Source of the DNA: Alkanindiges illinoisensis DSM 15370 | Lineage (GTDB): Bacteria > Pseudomonadota > Gammaproteobacteria > Pseudomonadales > Moraxellaceae | Assembly (NCBI RefSeq): GCF_000619845.1 | Contig: NZ_KK211037.1 | Span: 90,001 to 122,000 of the forward strand | DNA: 32,000 nucleotides | Reading direction: 5' to 3' | Part shown: positions 8,097 through 17,152 of the stretch, piece by piece | How positions within the stretch are numbered: position 1 is the first letter of the stretch | Layout: each line of letters begins with the position of its first letter | Notes under the pieces: generated by a model | What the model was told of the DNA's origin: nothing | Databases searched by the model: none | What the model saw: the letters and a program-made list of their open reading frames with translations, nothing else | Position numbers and translations under genes: made by a program

Positions 8097-9698
8097 ATGA
8101 CTGCTAATCAGCCCAATGCTCAAATTAATGCGCAAATCAACACGTCCATCACTGGCGACCGTATCCTTATTCTGGATTTTGGCTCGCAATACAGCCAGCT
8201 GATTGCCCGTCGTGTGCGCGAAGCCGGCGTGTATTCAGAAATGTACGCCTATGACATGTCTGAGGCCGACATTCGTGCCTTTGCGCCAAGCGGCATTATC
8301 CTGTCTGGCGGGCCGGAAAGTACCACAGTTGAGGGCAGCCCGCGTGCGCCAGAGGTGGTGTTTAATCTGGGCGTGCCGGTACTGGGGATTTGCTATGGCA
8401 TGCAAACCATGGCCATGCAACTGGGCGGTGATGTGCAGTCCAGCGACTTTCAGGAATTTGGCCGTGCCGATGTGATCCATGAGTTCCCGGATCGCCTGTT
8501 TGCCGGAATTGAAGATGCACCCAAGCAACTGCGCGTGTGGATGAGCCACGGTGACAAGGTAGTTGCGTTGCCAGAAGGCTTTAAGATCAGTGCCAGCACG
8601 CCAAGCTGCCCGATTGCCGCCATGAGTGATGAAACCCGCAATTTTTATGGCGTACAGTTCCATCCGGAAGTGACCCATACCCTGCAGGGTGAGGCGCTGA
8701 TTTCACGCTTTGTGCATGGCATTTGTGGCTGCGGTAATTTATGGACACCGGAACACATTATTGACTTGCGTGTCGAGCAGCTACGTGAACAAATTGGTGA
8801 GGAAAAAGTCCTGCTGGGCCTGTCGGGTGGCGTGGATTCCTCAGTCGTGGCGGCGCTGCTGCATAAGGCGATTGGTGACCAGCTCACCTGTGTGTTTGTG
8901 GATAATGGCTTGCTGCGCCTGCATGAAGGTGATCAGGTCATGCAGATGTTTGCCGAAAATATGGGTATTCGCGTCATCCGTGCTGATGCCGAACAACGCT
9001 TCCTGTCTGCACTGGCAGGTGAAGTAGACCCAGAGAAAAAGCGCAAGATTATTGGCCGCGAGTTTATTGAGGTGTTTACCGAAGAAGCGCGCAAGCTGGA
9101 AGGCGTCAAGTTTCTGGCCCAAGGCACCATTTATCCTGACGTGATTGAATCAGCAGCCAGTAAGCAGGGCAAGGCGCATGTGATCAAGTCGCATCATAAT
9201 GTGGGCGGCTTGCCGGATGATCTGGCCTTTGATCTGGTTGAGCCATTGCGCGACCTGTTTAAGGATGAGGTACGCAAGCTGGGCACGACATTAGGCTTGC
9301 CACACAGCATGATCTACCGTCATCCGTTCCCGGGCCCGGGCCTTGGCGTGCGTATTTTGGGGGAAGTGAAAAAGGAATATGCCGACATCCTGCGCCGTGC
9401 CGATGACATCTTTATGCAGGAGCTACGCACCAGTGGCTGGTATGACAAAACTGCACAGGCCTTTGCGGTTTTCCAGCCGGTAAAATCGGTGGGTGTGGTG
9501 GGTGATGGCCGTCGTTATGCGTGGGTGATTGCGCTGCGTGCGGTAGAAACCGTGGACTTTATGACTGCGCGTTTTGCCCATTTACCGTATGATCTGGTGG
9601 AAACCATTTCTAATCGTATTATGAATGAAATCAAGGAAGTATCGCGCGTGGTATATGACGTAAGCAGTAAGCCACCAGCAACAATTGAATGGGAGTGA
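8097..9698 (+). CDS. guaA: GMP synthase (glutamine-hydrolysing)
   Basis: Full-length collinear match to GuaA. It has the GATase domain ([28 protein letters not shown]), the ATP-PPase SGGVDSS motif and the C-terminal dimerisation domain ending [11 protein letters not shown] 8097 is preferred to the tracked TTG 8082. Confidence 0.95.
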   Translation: MTANQPNAQINAQINTSITGDRILILDFGSQYSQLIARRVREAGVYSEMYAYDMSEADIRAFAPSGIILSGGPESTTVEGSPRAPEVVFNLGVPVLGICYGMQTMAMQLGGDVQSSDFQEFGRADVIHEFPDRLFAGIEDAPKQLRVWMSHGDKVVALPEGFKISASTPSCPIAAMSDETRNFYGVQFHPEVTHTLQGEALISRFVHGICGCGNLWTPEHIIDLRVEQLREQIGEEKVLLGLSGGVDSSVVAALLHKAIGDQLTCVFVDNGLLRLHEGDQVMQMFAENMGIRVIRADAEQRFLSALAGEVDPEKKRKIIGREFIEVFTEEARKLEGVKFLAQGTIYPDVIESAASKQGKAHVIKSHHNVGGLPDDLAFDLVEPLRDLFKDEVRKLGTTLGLPHSMIYRHPFPGPGLGVRILGEVKKEYADILRRADDIFMQELRTSGWYDKTAQAFAVFQPVKSVGVVGDGRRYAWVIALRAVETVDFMTARFAHLPYDLVETISNRIMNEIKEVSRVVYDVSSKPPATIEWE

Positions 9699-9960
9699 GC
9701 TAGGGATTTCAAAATACATCGTATTTTGCCTAGCGAACGCCAAAGGCTATGCCTGCGGCAGTGGGATTTCACGGAGCACTGCTCCGTGCCAGTTTTACGC
9801 CAAGAGCTATGCTCGCGGCAGTAGGATTTCAAAATGCAATTCATTTTGCTGATTTTACGCCCTTGCGGTGCAATGCACCTCATATGTCCGCGGCAGCACT
9901 GGGATTTCAAGACGCACCGCGTCTTGCCTAGCGAACGCGCGCCCTATGTGATGAGGGCAT
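9699..9960 (+). repeat. tandem array of four structured repeat units (60, 60, 78 and about 60 bp)
   Basis: Units start at 9703, 9763, 9823 and 9901 with (G/A)GGATTTCA. Each then has an 8-bp stem with a 3-nt loop (U3: 7-bp stem, 5-nt loop): CAAAATAC-ATC-GTATTTTG, CACGGAGC-ACT-GCTCCGTG, CAAAATG-CAATT-CATTTTG, CAAGACGC-ACC-GCGTCTTG. A conserved GCC...ACGC segment follows, then a second small hairpin (AGGC-TAT-GCCT, GAGC-TAT-GCTC, GGTGC-AAT-GCACC, GCCCT-ATGTGATG-AGGGC) and, in units 1-3, GCGGCAG. Confidence 0.85.
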
Positions 9961-9984
9961 AATTGGTTTCTGGAATTCTCTCAA

Positions 9985-10022
9985 ATAAAGAAGGATGCGT
10001 ATGCGCCCTTCTTTATGATTTT
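9985..10022 (+). terminator. hairpin / probable terminator closing the guaA-repeat region
   Basis: 10-bp stem ATAAAGAAGG / CCTTCTTTAT enclosing an inner GCG/CGC helix, followed by GATTTTA (weak U-tract). Confidence 0.5.
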
Positions 10023-10076
10023 AGAGTATTGGGTAGCTGAGCTTATTTTCAGCTCTTATTAGATAGAAGAGCTCAG

Positions 10077-10712
10077 ATGATTGATATTTCTAATATAAAT
10101 TACAATTTGTTGGCCGCAGTTTATAAGATTACAGCAAATAACCTTCAAATTTTTTCAGCAGAGGGATGGAAAAGTCAATTCCGTAGTGAATTACTACTTG
10201 CCTCTGATCAATTGCAACTTGGCTTCTGGAGTGATGTTGATTTAATAGTCATATCGCAAGAGAATTATCTTTTTGCTTATCAAGCTTTTGCTCGTTCACA
10301 GGCTCTTATTTTATCTATGAAAGCTGTAGAGGATTTATCGGCATGGAAATACATGGGCTTAGAGTGGTCTGAGTCTTATGACACGCATGTTCTAAAAGAA
10401 GCAAGCTCTTTAATTACTAAACATTTTGAAAGAGTTAATAAATTTCCTTATAAGCGTGATAGTTGGATAAAGATAATTAATATTCTTATAGATAAAAACA
10501 GAGGTTTTAATATTCAGTCAATTTGGGGAGAACGTTTATATTATAATGCTGAAGATCAGTTTTTTTATAATTCAAAGGCAATTAAAATGCCTTGGTATGA
10601 TATTGAATATATGGAATTAAGTTTAGATGCTTTAACAGATAAAGAGTTAAAAGAAATTGATCTGGAAGTTATTATTCCAAGTTATGCAGTACATCTCCGA
10701 ACTCAAAATTGA
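10077..10712 (+). CDS. hypothetical protein (AT-rich orphan, no family recognised)
   Basis: A 211-aa ORF with no competing ORF on the other strand. It is visibly much more AT-rich than the neighbouring genes. I see no signal peptide or TM segment. Confidence 0.6.
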   Translation: MIDISNINYNLLAAVYKITANNLQIFSAEGWKSQFRSELLLASDQLQLGFWSDVDLIVISQENYLFAYQAFARSQALILSMKAVEDLSAWKYMGLEWSESYDTHVLKEASSLITKHFERVNKFPYKRDSWIKIINILIDKNRGFNIQSIWGERLYYNAEDQFFYNSKAIKMPWYDIEYMELSLDALTDKELKEIDLEVIIPSYAVHLRTQN

Positions 10713-10751
10713 ACATTTATCTATTAGCCAGCGTATTAAGCTTTGTTAAAC

Positions 10752-10949
10752 CTACTTGTGTAATGATTTATCACATACCCGACATTCCAATATCATCCCA
10801 AGCATCTTTGCACGCCCTTCAGCAGTGATCACCCACGGACGATTTTGCCACGGTGGATTATGCCGAACATGCTGCTGATGCCCACAGGCTAGTTCTACCA
10901 CCCAATGGAGTTCGTCATCCTGATGAAAACCGGTAATTGCTTGTTGCAT
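10752..10949 (-). CDS. DUF3565 domain-containing protein
   Basis: ITGFHQDDELHWVVELACGHQQHVRHNPPWQNRPWV matches the DUF3565 signature as recalled. AAGGA lies 5 nt upstream of ATG 10949 (the tracked ORF extends to 11003). Confidence 0.75.
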   Translation of the reverse strand: MQQAITGFHQDDELHWVVELACGHQQHVRHNPPWQNRPWVITAEGRAKMLGMILECRVCDKSLHK

Positions 10950-11011
10950 CCTATTCCTTTTATTTATGTGATATAAAATAAACATCCCATTATAAAACTT
11001 CACTAATTGTC

Positions 11012-11287
11012 ATGCCCGCTATCGTCCGTCATATTCTGGTCAAAACCCGTGAACAGGCTGAACAGCTTAAAGTCCAACTGGCGAATGGCGCCGATTTTGC
11101 CAAACTGGCCAAGCAGCACTCGACTTGCAATTCTGCAAAAAAAGGTGGTGAGCTGGGTGAAATTAAAAAAGGCCAGTTGGTAAAACCTATTGATACAGTG
11201 GTGTTTTCCAAGCCTGAAAAAGTAATCCATGGCCCGATTAAAAGCCAGTTTGGTTTTCATCTGGTCGAAATCAAGTTTCGTTATTAA
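11012..11287 (+). CDS. ppiC: parvulin-type peptidyl-prolyl cis-trans isomerase C
   Basis: 91 aa, collinear with E. coli PpiC (HILVK..., NGADFAKLAKQHS.C.SAKKGGELGE..., QFGFHL). Confidence 0.9.
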   Translation: MPAIVRHILVKTREQAEQLKVQLANGADFAKLAKQHSTCNSAKKGGELGEIKKGQLVKPIDTVVFSKPEKVIHGPIKSQFGFHLVEIKFRY

Positions 11288-11312
11288 TCTTCTTATTTTA
11301 ATCATTCAAAAC

Positions 11313-11345
11313 AAAAAGCATGGGCTAAAACCCATGCTTTTTGTG
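11313..11345. terminator. bidirectional rho-independent terminator
   Basis: Stem AAAAAGCATGGG / CCCATGCTTTTT with loop CTAAAA. It lies between ppiC (+) and the small minus-strand gene. Confidence 0.75.
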
Positions 11346-11360
11346 TCTTGCAAAAATTCA

Positions 11361-11549
11361 CTATCGACGTGATTGCTGATAGTTATTGTGGTTGGTTTGA
11401 CCGCCTTCTGGCCCCTGACCTTTATTACGCTGGTCACGCGTACTTTGATTGCGGTTGTCCTGGTCATTACCACCATGATCCTGTACCAGCTGGCCGTTCA
11501 CTTGTTTTACATTATGACCGCCTGCAGGCTGGTTTTGCTTGTGAGACAT
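11361..11549 (-). CDS. small hydrophilic Gln/Asn/Gly-rich protein (62 aa), hydrophilin or stress-protein-like
   Basis: Strong GGAGGA Shine-Dalgarno 5 nt upstream of the ATG, and a terminator directly downstream. Sequence: MSHKQNQPAGGHNVKQVNGQLVQDHGGNDQDNRNQSTRDQRNKGQGPEGGQTNHNNYQQSRR. The two overlapping plus-strand ORFs lack such signals. Confidence 0.55.
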   Translation of the reverse strand: MSHKQNQPAGGHNVKQVNGQLVQDHGGNDQDNRNQSTRDQRNKGQGPEGGQTNHNNYQQSRR

Positions 11550-11742
11550 CGTGTTCCTCCATATGCTGAGTTGATGATTTCACCCTAAAGCAAACTGGCG
11601 CTGCTGGCTGTTAAGAAATGCTGTGTTTTTAATGTTTATGTAATTGCAGGCGGTACGGTGGGTAAAACCCGCTACACTTTAGGCAGATTTTTTTAGTCCT
11701 AAATTCCTGTTTGGGATTTATCTGCGCTTATGAGGAACCTCT

Positions 11743-12741
11743 ATGTCGGTTTTGTCATCCTGCAAATATTCGATTCTGGATCTGGCACCTATCCGTGATG
11801 ATAGTAATGCAGTCACAGCCCTTAAAAACTCACTGGCGCTGGCACAGCATGCTGAACAACTGGGCTATACCCGTTTTTGGGTGGCCGAGCACCACAACAT
11901 GGATGGCATTGCCAGTTCGGCCACAGCAGTATTGATTGGTTATCTGGCGGCCAATACTCACAGCATTCGCGTGGGCTCCGGTGGCGTGATGCTACCCAAT
12001 CATTCACCGCTGGTGGTGGCTGAGCAATTTGGCACGCTGGCCACGTTGTATCCCAACCGGATTGATCTGGGGCTGGGCCGCGCGCCGGGCGCTGATCAAT
12101 ATACGGCGCGGGCCTTGCGTCGTAATCATCTGGAAACTGCTGAAGAATTTCCAGAGGATGTCAGCATGATTCAGTCCCTGCTGGGCGAGCCACAACCCGA
12201 CCAGCGCATTAAGGCAGTGCCGGGGCAGGGTACGCATGTGCCACTCTGGCTATTGGGTTCCAGCCTGTTTAGTGCGCAACTGGCAGCCGCTAAAGGTTTG
12301 CCGTATGCCTTTGCCTCGCACTTTGCACCACGCTTTATGATGGATGCCATCAAGCTATACCGGGAAAATTTTCAGCCGTCTGCGGTACTGGACAAGCCAT
12401 ATGTGATGCTAGGCGTACCATTGATTGCAGCCGATACCGATGCACAGGCCGATTATCTAGCCACCAGTTTGTACCAGCGCATTTTAAACCTGATGCAGGG
12501 CAAGAGTATTAAAAGCCAGCCGCCAACCCGGCAGATGCGTGAATTAAATCCGCACGAACAAGCCAGCTTAAATAGTTTTTTAGGCATGGCCGCCATTGGT
12601 GGGCCAGAGAAAATCAGGCAGCGACTTACAGATATTGTGCAGCAAACCAAGGCTGACGAATTGATTTTTACTGGTGATTTATATGATTTTGAGGATCGCT
12701 TAAGAAGTTTTGAAATCGTGGCTGAGTTGTTTCAGCAATAA
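11743..12741 (+). CDS. LLM-class (luciferase-like) flavin-dependent oxidoreductase, YhbW-like
   Basis: The N-terminal pattern LDLAPI...[27 protein letters not shown]...[42 protein letters not shown] is typical of this group. GAGGA lies 6 nt upstream of the ATG. Confidence 0.85.
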   Translation: MSVLSSCKYSILDLAPIRDDSNAVTALKNSLALAQHAEQLGYTRFWVAEHHNMDGIASSATAVLIGYLAANTHSIRVGSGGVMLPNHSPLVVAEQFGTLATLYPNRIDLGLGRAPGADQYTARALRRNHLETAEEFPEDVSMIQSLLGEPQPDQRIKAVPGQGTHVPLWLLGSSLFSAQLAAAKGLPYAFASHFAPRFMMDAIKLYRENFQPSAVLDKPYVMLGVPLIAADTDAQADYLATSLYQRILNLMQGKSIKSQPPTRQMRELNPHEQASLNSFLGMAAIGGPEKIRQRLTDIVQQTKADELIFTGDLYDFEDRLRSFEIVAELFQQ

Positions 12742-12755
12742 AATTTCAGGGCGAT

Positions 12756-12796
12756 GAAAAAGCCACGCCTGATTGAAACCGGCGTGGCTTTTTTAT
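12756..12796. terminator. bidirectional rho-independent terminator
   Basis: Stem AGCCACGCC / GGCGTGGCT flanked by AAAAA and TTTTTT. It lies between convergent genes. Confidence 0.8.
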
Positions 12797-12828
12797 TGCT
12801 GTAGCATGGCAGTTTTTGATGCCAGTGT

Positions 12829-14175
12829 TTAAATCATCTTCTTAAAGATTTTGGAGTTGCGCTGATAGTTATACAGCGCTTGCCGGGCATTGGGCAGTGC
12901 TTCAACGGGTACTGGCTCAAAGCCCTGTTCAATAAACCAGTGTGCGGTGCGCGTGGTGAGCACAAATAAATCATGGATGCCTTTGCTGCGTGCCTTGGCT
13001 TCCAGATAATCCAGTAACTCGGCACCCCGGTTGCCACTACGGTAGTTGGGATGCACTGCGACACAGGCAATTTCTGCAGCATGCACTTCATCACCCGTGG
13101 TTGGAATCGGATACATGGCGGCACAACCCACAATCATGCCGTCGCGTTCAATCACGGCAAACTTGTCAATCTCGGTTTCCAGCCGTTCCCGCGAGCGATA
13201 CACCAGAATGCCTTCTTCTTCCAGTGGGCGCAGCAGTTCAATCAGGCCTACCACATCGTCAATATCAGCCGTGCGGATTTCTTCATACGGATCATGGCTA
13301 ATCAGTGTGCCAGAACCATCACGGGTAAACAGTTCCTGTAACAGCGCGCCATCACGCGCATAGGAAATGATATGCACGCGGCGCACACCACCGCGGCAGG
13401 CATCCGCAGCGCCTTTCATATGCAGTAGCAGTTCGCTGTCCAGTGGCTTATTGCGCAGGTATTGTTCCACTTCATTAGGGATTAATTCACGCAGCAGGCG
13501 GTCATCATCATCGCTAATGCCTTCTTTTTCACCCAGAAAAATTAGCTTGTCGGCTTTGAGCGCAATGGCAGTTTTAACCGCTACTTCTTCCCCGAGCAGG
13601 TTGAATACTTCACCGGTGGTGGAGTAACCAGTTGGCCCAAGCACAATAATATTGCGGTTGGCCAGACTTTTTTGCAGCGCATCCACATCCACCGAACGCA
13701 CTTCACCGGTGAGCTGGTAATCCACACCATCGCGCACGCCATACGGACGCGCCGTGACAAAATTACCGGACACCGCATCAATACGCGCGCCATACATAGG
13801 AGAATTCGCCAGTCCCATCGACAGCAGCGCTTCAATTTCCAGACGAATAGAACCCACGGCATCCAGCACGCAGCGCAGGGCTTCACGGGTGGTAATGCGC
13901 AAGTCATTATGAAATGGGGTTTCCAGATTGTATTCAATCAGGTTTTCATTGATTTGCGGACGCGCACCATGTACCAGAATCAGGCGAATGCCCAGTGAGT
14001 GCAGCAGGGCAATATCATGGATAATGTTGCGAAAGTTCTCATGGTTTACTGCTTCGCCACCAAACATCAGCACAAAGGTTTTATCACGATGGGCATTGAT
14101 ATAGGGCGCAGAGTTACGGAACCAGTGAACGTATTGTTCTGTCATGGTGTCTGGACACAAAAATTCGTCTGTCAT
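12829..14175 (-). CDS. argA: amino-acid N-acetyltransferase (N-acetylglutamate synthase)
   Basis: Collinear with E. coli ArgA (FR.S.PYINAHR.KTFV.MFGGEA, LHSLGIRL.LVHGARPQI, C-terminal GNAT with ACVAVHP.YR). The start is uncertain: ATG 14175, ATG 14145 or TTG 14193. Confidence 0.9.
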   Translation of the reverse strand: MTDEFLCPDTMTEQYVHWFRNSAPYINAHRDKTFVLMFGGEAVNHENFRNIIHDIALLHSLGIRLILVHGARPQINENLIEYNLETPFHNDLRITTREALRCVLDAVGSIRLEIEALLSMGLANSPMYGARIDAVSGNFVTARPYGVRDGVDYQLTGEVRSVDVDALQKSLANRNIIVLGPTGYSTTGEVFNLLGEEVAVKTAIALKADKLIFLGEKEGISDDDDRLLRELIPNEVEQYLRNKPLDSELLLHMKGAADACRGGVRRVHIISYARDGALLQELFTRDGSGTLISHDPYEEIRTADIDDVVGLIELLRPLEEEGILVYRSRERLETEIDKFAVIERDGMIVGCAAMYPIPTTGDEVHAAEIACVAVHPNYRSGNRGAELLDYLEAKARSKGIHDLFVLTTRTAHWFIEQGFEPVPVEALPNARQALYNYQRNSKIFKKMI

Positions 14176-14304
14176 GGTTAAAACAAAGCTCAAAGGGAAC
14201 TGTTAGTTGCTTTTTATAGTAGCATAAACATAACGCATAATTCGTGAGCGGGAATGACTTTAAAAATTACATGCTATAAGTCAAAAACCTGTTGATGACG
14301 GAAA

Positions 14305-14913
14305 TTACTGCTTCCACAATTTCAATTTGTTTTTTGCTTGAGTTACTCCTTGTAAGGCAGCTCTTTCACACCAATAACGCACCTGTTGCTGGTCTTGGGT
14401 CAGTCCATCATCAAATAGCAAGCATAATTTTTCTTGAGAGTAGGCATCGCCTTGTGCTGCGGCTTTCTCATACCAGAATGCTGCCTGCTGGTGGTTTTGC
14501 GCCACGCCGTATCCGTGAAAGTAAGAATGGGCAACTTCAGCTTGAGCTGTTGCGCTACCTTGCTCTGCCGCTGCCATATACAATGGAAATGCCAGTTCAT
14601 ATAGCCCTACGTTATGAAGCTCCCATGCTTCTCTTTCTAATTGTTCGACTTGATCTTTGACGATTGGTGAAAGTTGTTGTACTGGCAGATCTGCGTAAAG
14701 AACTTTACCGGTTAATAGCTCTGTATCATTGAAAGAGAGGTTCAATTTGGGGAGTACTGCTCTGGATGGATCATTGTCGACAATTAAATGATTTCTTTGT
14801 AGATTTAGTTCTTCAGCATAGGCTGAGCTAAACCAGCTAAATAGCAATATAATAAAAAAGTGCAGTATGGCTAGCCTGTTTTTCAAGCGTACTGTTTTAT
14901 CAAATCTTTGCAT
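14305..14913 (-). CDS. secreted Sel1-repeat (TPR-like) protein
   Basis: Signal peptide ending SSAYA-EE. The C-terminal half has Sel1-type repeats (AAEQGSATAQAEVAHSYFHGYGVAQNHQQAAFWYEKAAAQGDAYSQ...). The start overlaps the argE stop by 14 nt. Confidence 0.8.
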   Translation of the reverse strand: MQRFDKTVRLKNRLAILHFFIILLFSWFSSAYAEELNLQRNHLIVDNDPSRAVLPKLNLSFNDTELLTGKVLYADLPVQQLSPIVKDQVEQLEREAWELHNVGLYELAFPLYMAAAEQGSATAQAEVAHSYFHGYGVAQNHQQAAFWYEKAAAQGDAYSQEKLCLLFDDGLTQDQQQVRYWCERAALQGVTQAKNKLKLWKQ

Positions 14914-16066
14914 GACCCTGAACGCAATAGTAATGAATCAACTGGTTTAATAATAACAGCATGGGTGAGATATTTTTAATCTCAAGATATTCATCCGGCT
15001 GGTGTGCCTGTTCAATATTACCCGGCCCCAGAATCACGGTATCCATATTCTGCGCCCGAAAATACGGCGCTTCTGTACCAAATGATACCGCCCCGGCAGT
15101 TTCTCCCAGCAGGCCTTCAATTTTTTGTACAAACGGTGAGTTGGCCGGGGTTTCAGCCGCACCGGAACCTGCGGTGGCGGGTTCATACAGCATGCTAACG
15201 CCAAACTGCTGTTCAATCCCTTTAAGCAGGTGACGAATATCAGCGCGAATATTTTCAATTTCCATGCCGGGCAGTGGCCGCACATCAAACTGCAATTCAC
15301 ACAGGCCACAAATGCGGTTGGGATTGTCACCGCCATGAATACAACCCAGATTCAGGGTGGGATAAGGTACTGGAAACAGCGGCTGTTGGATTTTTTTTAG
15401 GCTGGTACGAAACTGTTGCAGGCGGTTGACCACTTCATGCATGGCATCAATGGCATTGCGGCCCAGTTCGGGATCGCTGGAATGACCGGACTTGCCGGTA
15501 ATTACCACACGTTCCAGCATCACCCCCTTGTGCAGGCGCGCAGGCTTTAGGTTGGTGGGTTCACCAATTAGCACAAAACGTCCCTGTCCTTTGGATTGTT
15601 CCATCAGGGCGCGGGCACCAGCCATTGAGGTTTCTTCATCACAGGTGGCAATCACAATCAGCGGTGCCCGAAAGGGCGTCTTGGCATAATTGGCCACCGC
15701 ATCCAGAATCAGGGCAAAAAAGCCTTTCATGTCGGCCATGCCCAGTCCATACAGCTTGCCATCACGTTCTGTCATTTTAAATGGGTCGTTATGCCACAGG
15801 TTTTGATCAAACGGCACCGTGTCCGAATGGCCAGCCAGCACCAGCCCGCCGCGTGCTTGCGGATCAGTTCCGGCACGAACGGCAATCAGGTTGGCCTTGC
15901 CGGGCGCAACCGGCATGATTTCGCAACCGAAACCGGCACTTTCAAACCAGTTTGCCAGTGTTTCAATCACCGGCACATTCGACATGTCCTGCTCCGGCAT
16001 GGTGCAGGCAATACTGGGAATGGCGGTTAGCTCGGCAAGCTGCTGGCGTAAGCGCGGTTTTATCAT
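14900..16066 (-). CDS. argE: acetylornithine deacetylase
   Basis: Collinear with E. coli ArgE (LAGHSDTVPFD, DGKLYGLGMADMKGFFA, ATCDEETSMAGAR, GKSGHSSDP, PYPTLNLG.IHGGD..NRIC, GPG.IEQAHQPDEYLE). ATG 16066 is preferred to the tracked TTG 16087. Confidence 0.9.
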   Translation of the reverse strand: MIKPRLRQQLAELTAIPSIACTMPEQDMSNVPVIETLANWFESAGFGCEIMPVAPGKANLIAVRAGTDPQARGGLVLAGHSDTVPFDQNLWHNDPFKMTERDGKLYGLGMADMKGFFALILDAVANYAKTPFRAPLIVIATCDEETSMAGARALMEQSKGQGRFVLIGEPTNLKPARLHKGVMLERVVITGKSGHSSDPELGRNAIDAMHEVVNRLQQFRTSLKKIQQPLFPVPYPTLNLGCIHGGDNPNRICGLCELQFDVRPLPGMEIENIRADIRHLLKGIEQQFGVSMLYEPATAGSGAAETPANSPFVQKIEGLLGETAGAVSFGTEAPYFRAQNMDTVILGPGNIEQAHQPDEYLEIKNISPMLLLLNQLIHYYCVQGHAKI

Positions 16067-16286
16067 AGGAGCAGGGTTTCCTTGCAAATACAGATTATTT
16101 AAGCATTACAAATTAATGGGTGCGCTCATCAAAGCGTTATTTCATGAGCAGCTTGCAACAGACTGGTTAGCCAACAAGGCTAAAAGCAAGATTAAGGTTT
16201 TATCATGTTTTACAGGCCTTGTGAAAACACAGCCTGAAAAAAACTGAATTCACCTATCTGTACTGGCCCGTTTTTTACTGGCTGGC

Positions 16287-17042
16287 TTAAGGTTGCTGGG
16301 CATCGACTGATTCACCGCTCACACCACGGCTGTCCGGTCCCATCAGGTACAGGTAAGCCGACATAATACTGTCTGGTGTGGCCACCATTTGCGGATTTTC
16401 CTGCGGGTAAGCATCAGCGCGCATACTGGTACGGGTAGCACCGGGGTTTATACAGTTAAAGCGGATGGCCGGGTTACTGGCGAATTCGGCAGCAAAAATG
16501 GTGCTTAAGGCTTCCACCCCAAATTTAGACACGCTATAGGCACCCCATTCGGCGCGTGCAGTACGACCGACGCCGCTACTGGTGAATATGACGCTGGCAT
16601 CCTGCGATTGTTTCAGGAGTGGCAGCAGCGACTGGGTCAGTAAAAACGGCGCTCGCAGGTTCACATTCATTACTTCATCCCAGGTTTGTACATCGTATTG
16701 CTCCAGTGCAATGCGATGCCCCAGAATGCCAGCATTGTGCAAAATGCCATCCAGACGGCCAAACTGGTTTTGCAGGGTGGTCACCAGTTGTGAATATTCC
16801 AGCTCCGAAGTGCTGGCCAAATGTAGTGGCAAAATAGCGGGTTTGGCGCCACCAGCCTGTTCTATCTGGTCATAAACGGCTTCGAGTTTGGAAATGGTAC
16901 GGCCATGTAGCACCACGGTTGCGCCGTGGCGGGCATAGGTGAGAGCAGCACTTTTGCCAATGCCATCCCCGGCTCCCGTAACCAGAATAACCCGGTTTTT
17001 AAGCAGGTCGGTACGGGGCTGATAATGTTTTAGGTCAATCAT
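16287..17042 (-). CDS. yciK: SDR-family oxidoreductase YciK
   Basis: HYQP..DLLKNRVILVTGAGDGIG..AALTYARHGATV.L.GR is collinear with E. coli YciK. It sits downstream of ubiG-HAD as in Pseudomonas. Confidence 0.85.
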   Translation of the reverse strand: MIDLKHYQPRTDLLKNRVILVTGAGDGIGKSAALTYARHGATVVLHGRTISKLEAVYDQIEQAGGAKPAILPLHLASTSELEYSQLVTTLQNQFGRLDGILHNAGILGHRIALEQYDVQTWDEVMNVNLRAPFLLTQSLLPLLKQSQDASVIFTSSGVGRTARAEWGAYSVSKFGVEALSTIFAAEFASNPAIRFNCINPGATRTSMRADAYPQENPQMVATPDSIMSAYLYLMGPDSRGVSGESVDAQQP

Positions 17043-17152
17043 AGCTTCCTCTTATTTATTCATTAATAATTATGAAAGGGATCAACAGTCTATGCGCTAG
17101 CAGTACAAGAGCAATGGTTTATTCGCCTTGCGGTTAAATTCTATAATGCAGA

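Noticed and set aside
8109-8150. Short tandem repeat in the guaA 5' end encoding NAQINAQIN, an N-terminal extension relative to E. coli GuaA.
   Set aside because: This is a minor low-complexity N-terminal variation upstream of the conserved GATase domain. Nothing suggests functional significance.
9515-9931. ORFs 9515-9910 (-) and 9749-9931 (+) spanning the repeat array, with internally repetitive peptides (e.g. ...CILKS...).
   Set aside because: Their periodic sequence is simply the translation of the tandem DNA repeats. They have no RBS, they overlap the guaA 3' end, and the region is better explained as structured non-coding repeats.
9699-9960. Possible CRISPR array or integron attC sites.
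   Set aside because: The conserved parts flank variable palindromes. There are no constant repeats separating unique spacers, no cas or intI genes, and no cassettes between units. The unit geometry (60 bp, internal hairpins) does not fit either class.
11003-11305. 100-aa minus-strand ORF covering ppiC.
   Set aside because: It is antisense to an ORF with unmistakable parvulin homology and has no family resemblance of its own.
11348-11588. Two plus-strand ORFs (73 and 71 aa) overlapping the small hydrophilic gene.
   Set aside because: I saw no Shine-Dalgarno for either. The minus-strand ORF has GGAGGA at ideal spacing and a terminator. A residual chance remains that none of the three is real.
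16245-16252. TGAATTCA palindrome upstream of argE, considered as an ArgR (ARG box) site.
   Set aside because: Only the 8-bp core is present. The flanks do not fit the 18-bp ARG-box consensus and there is no tandem second box.
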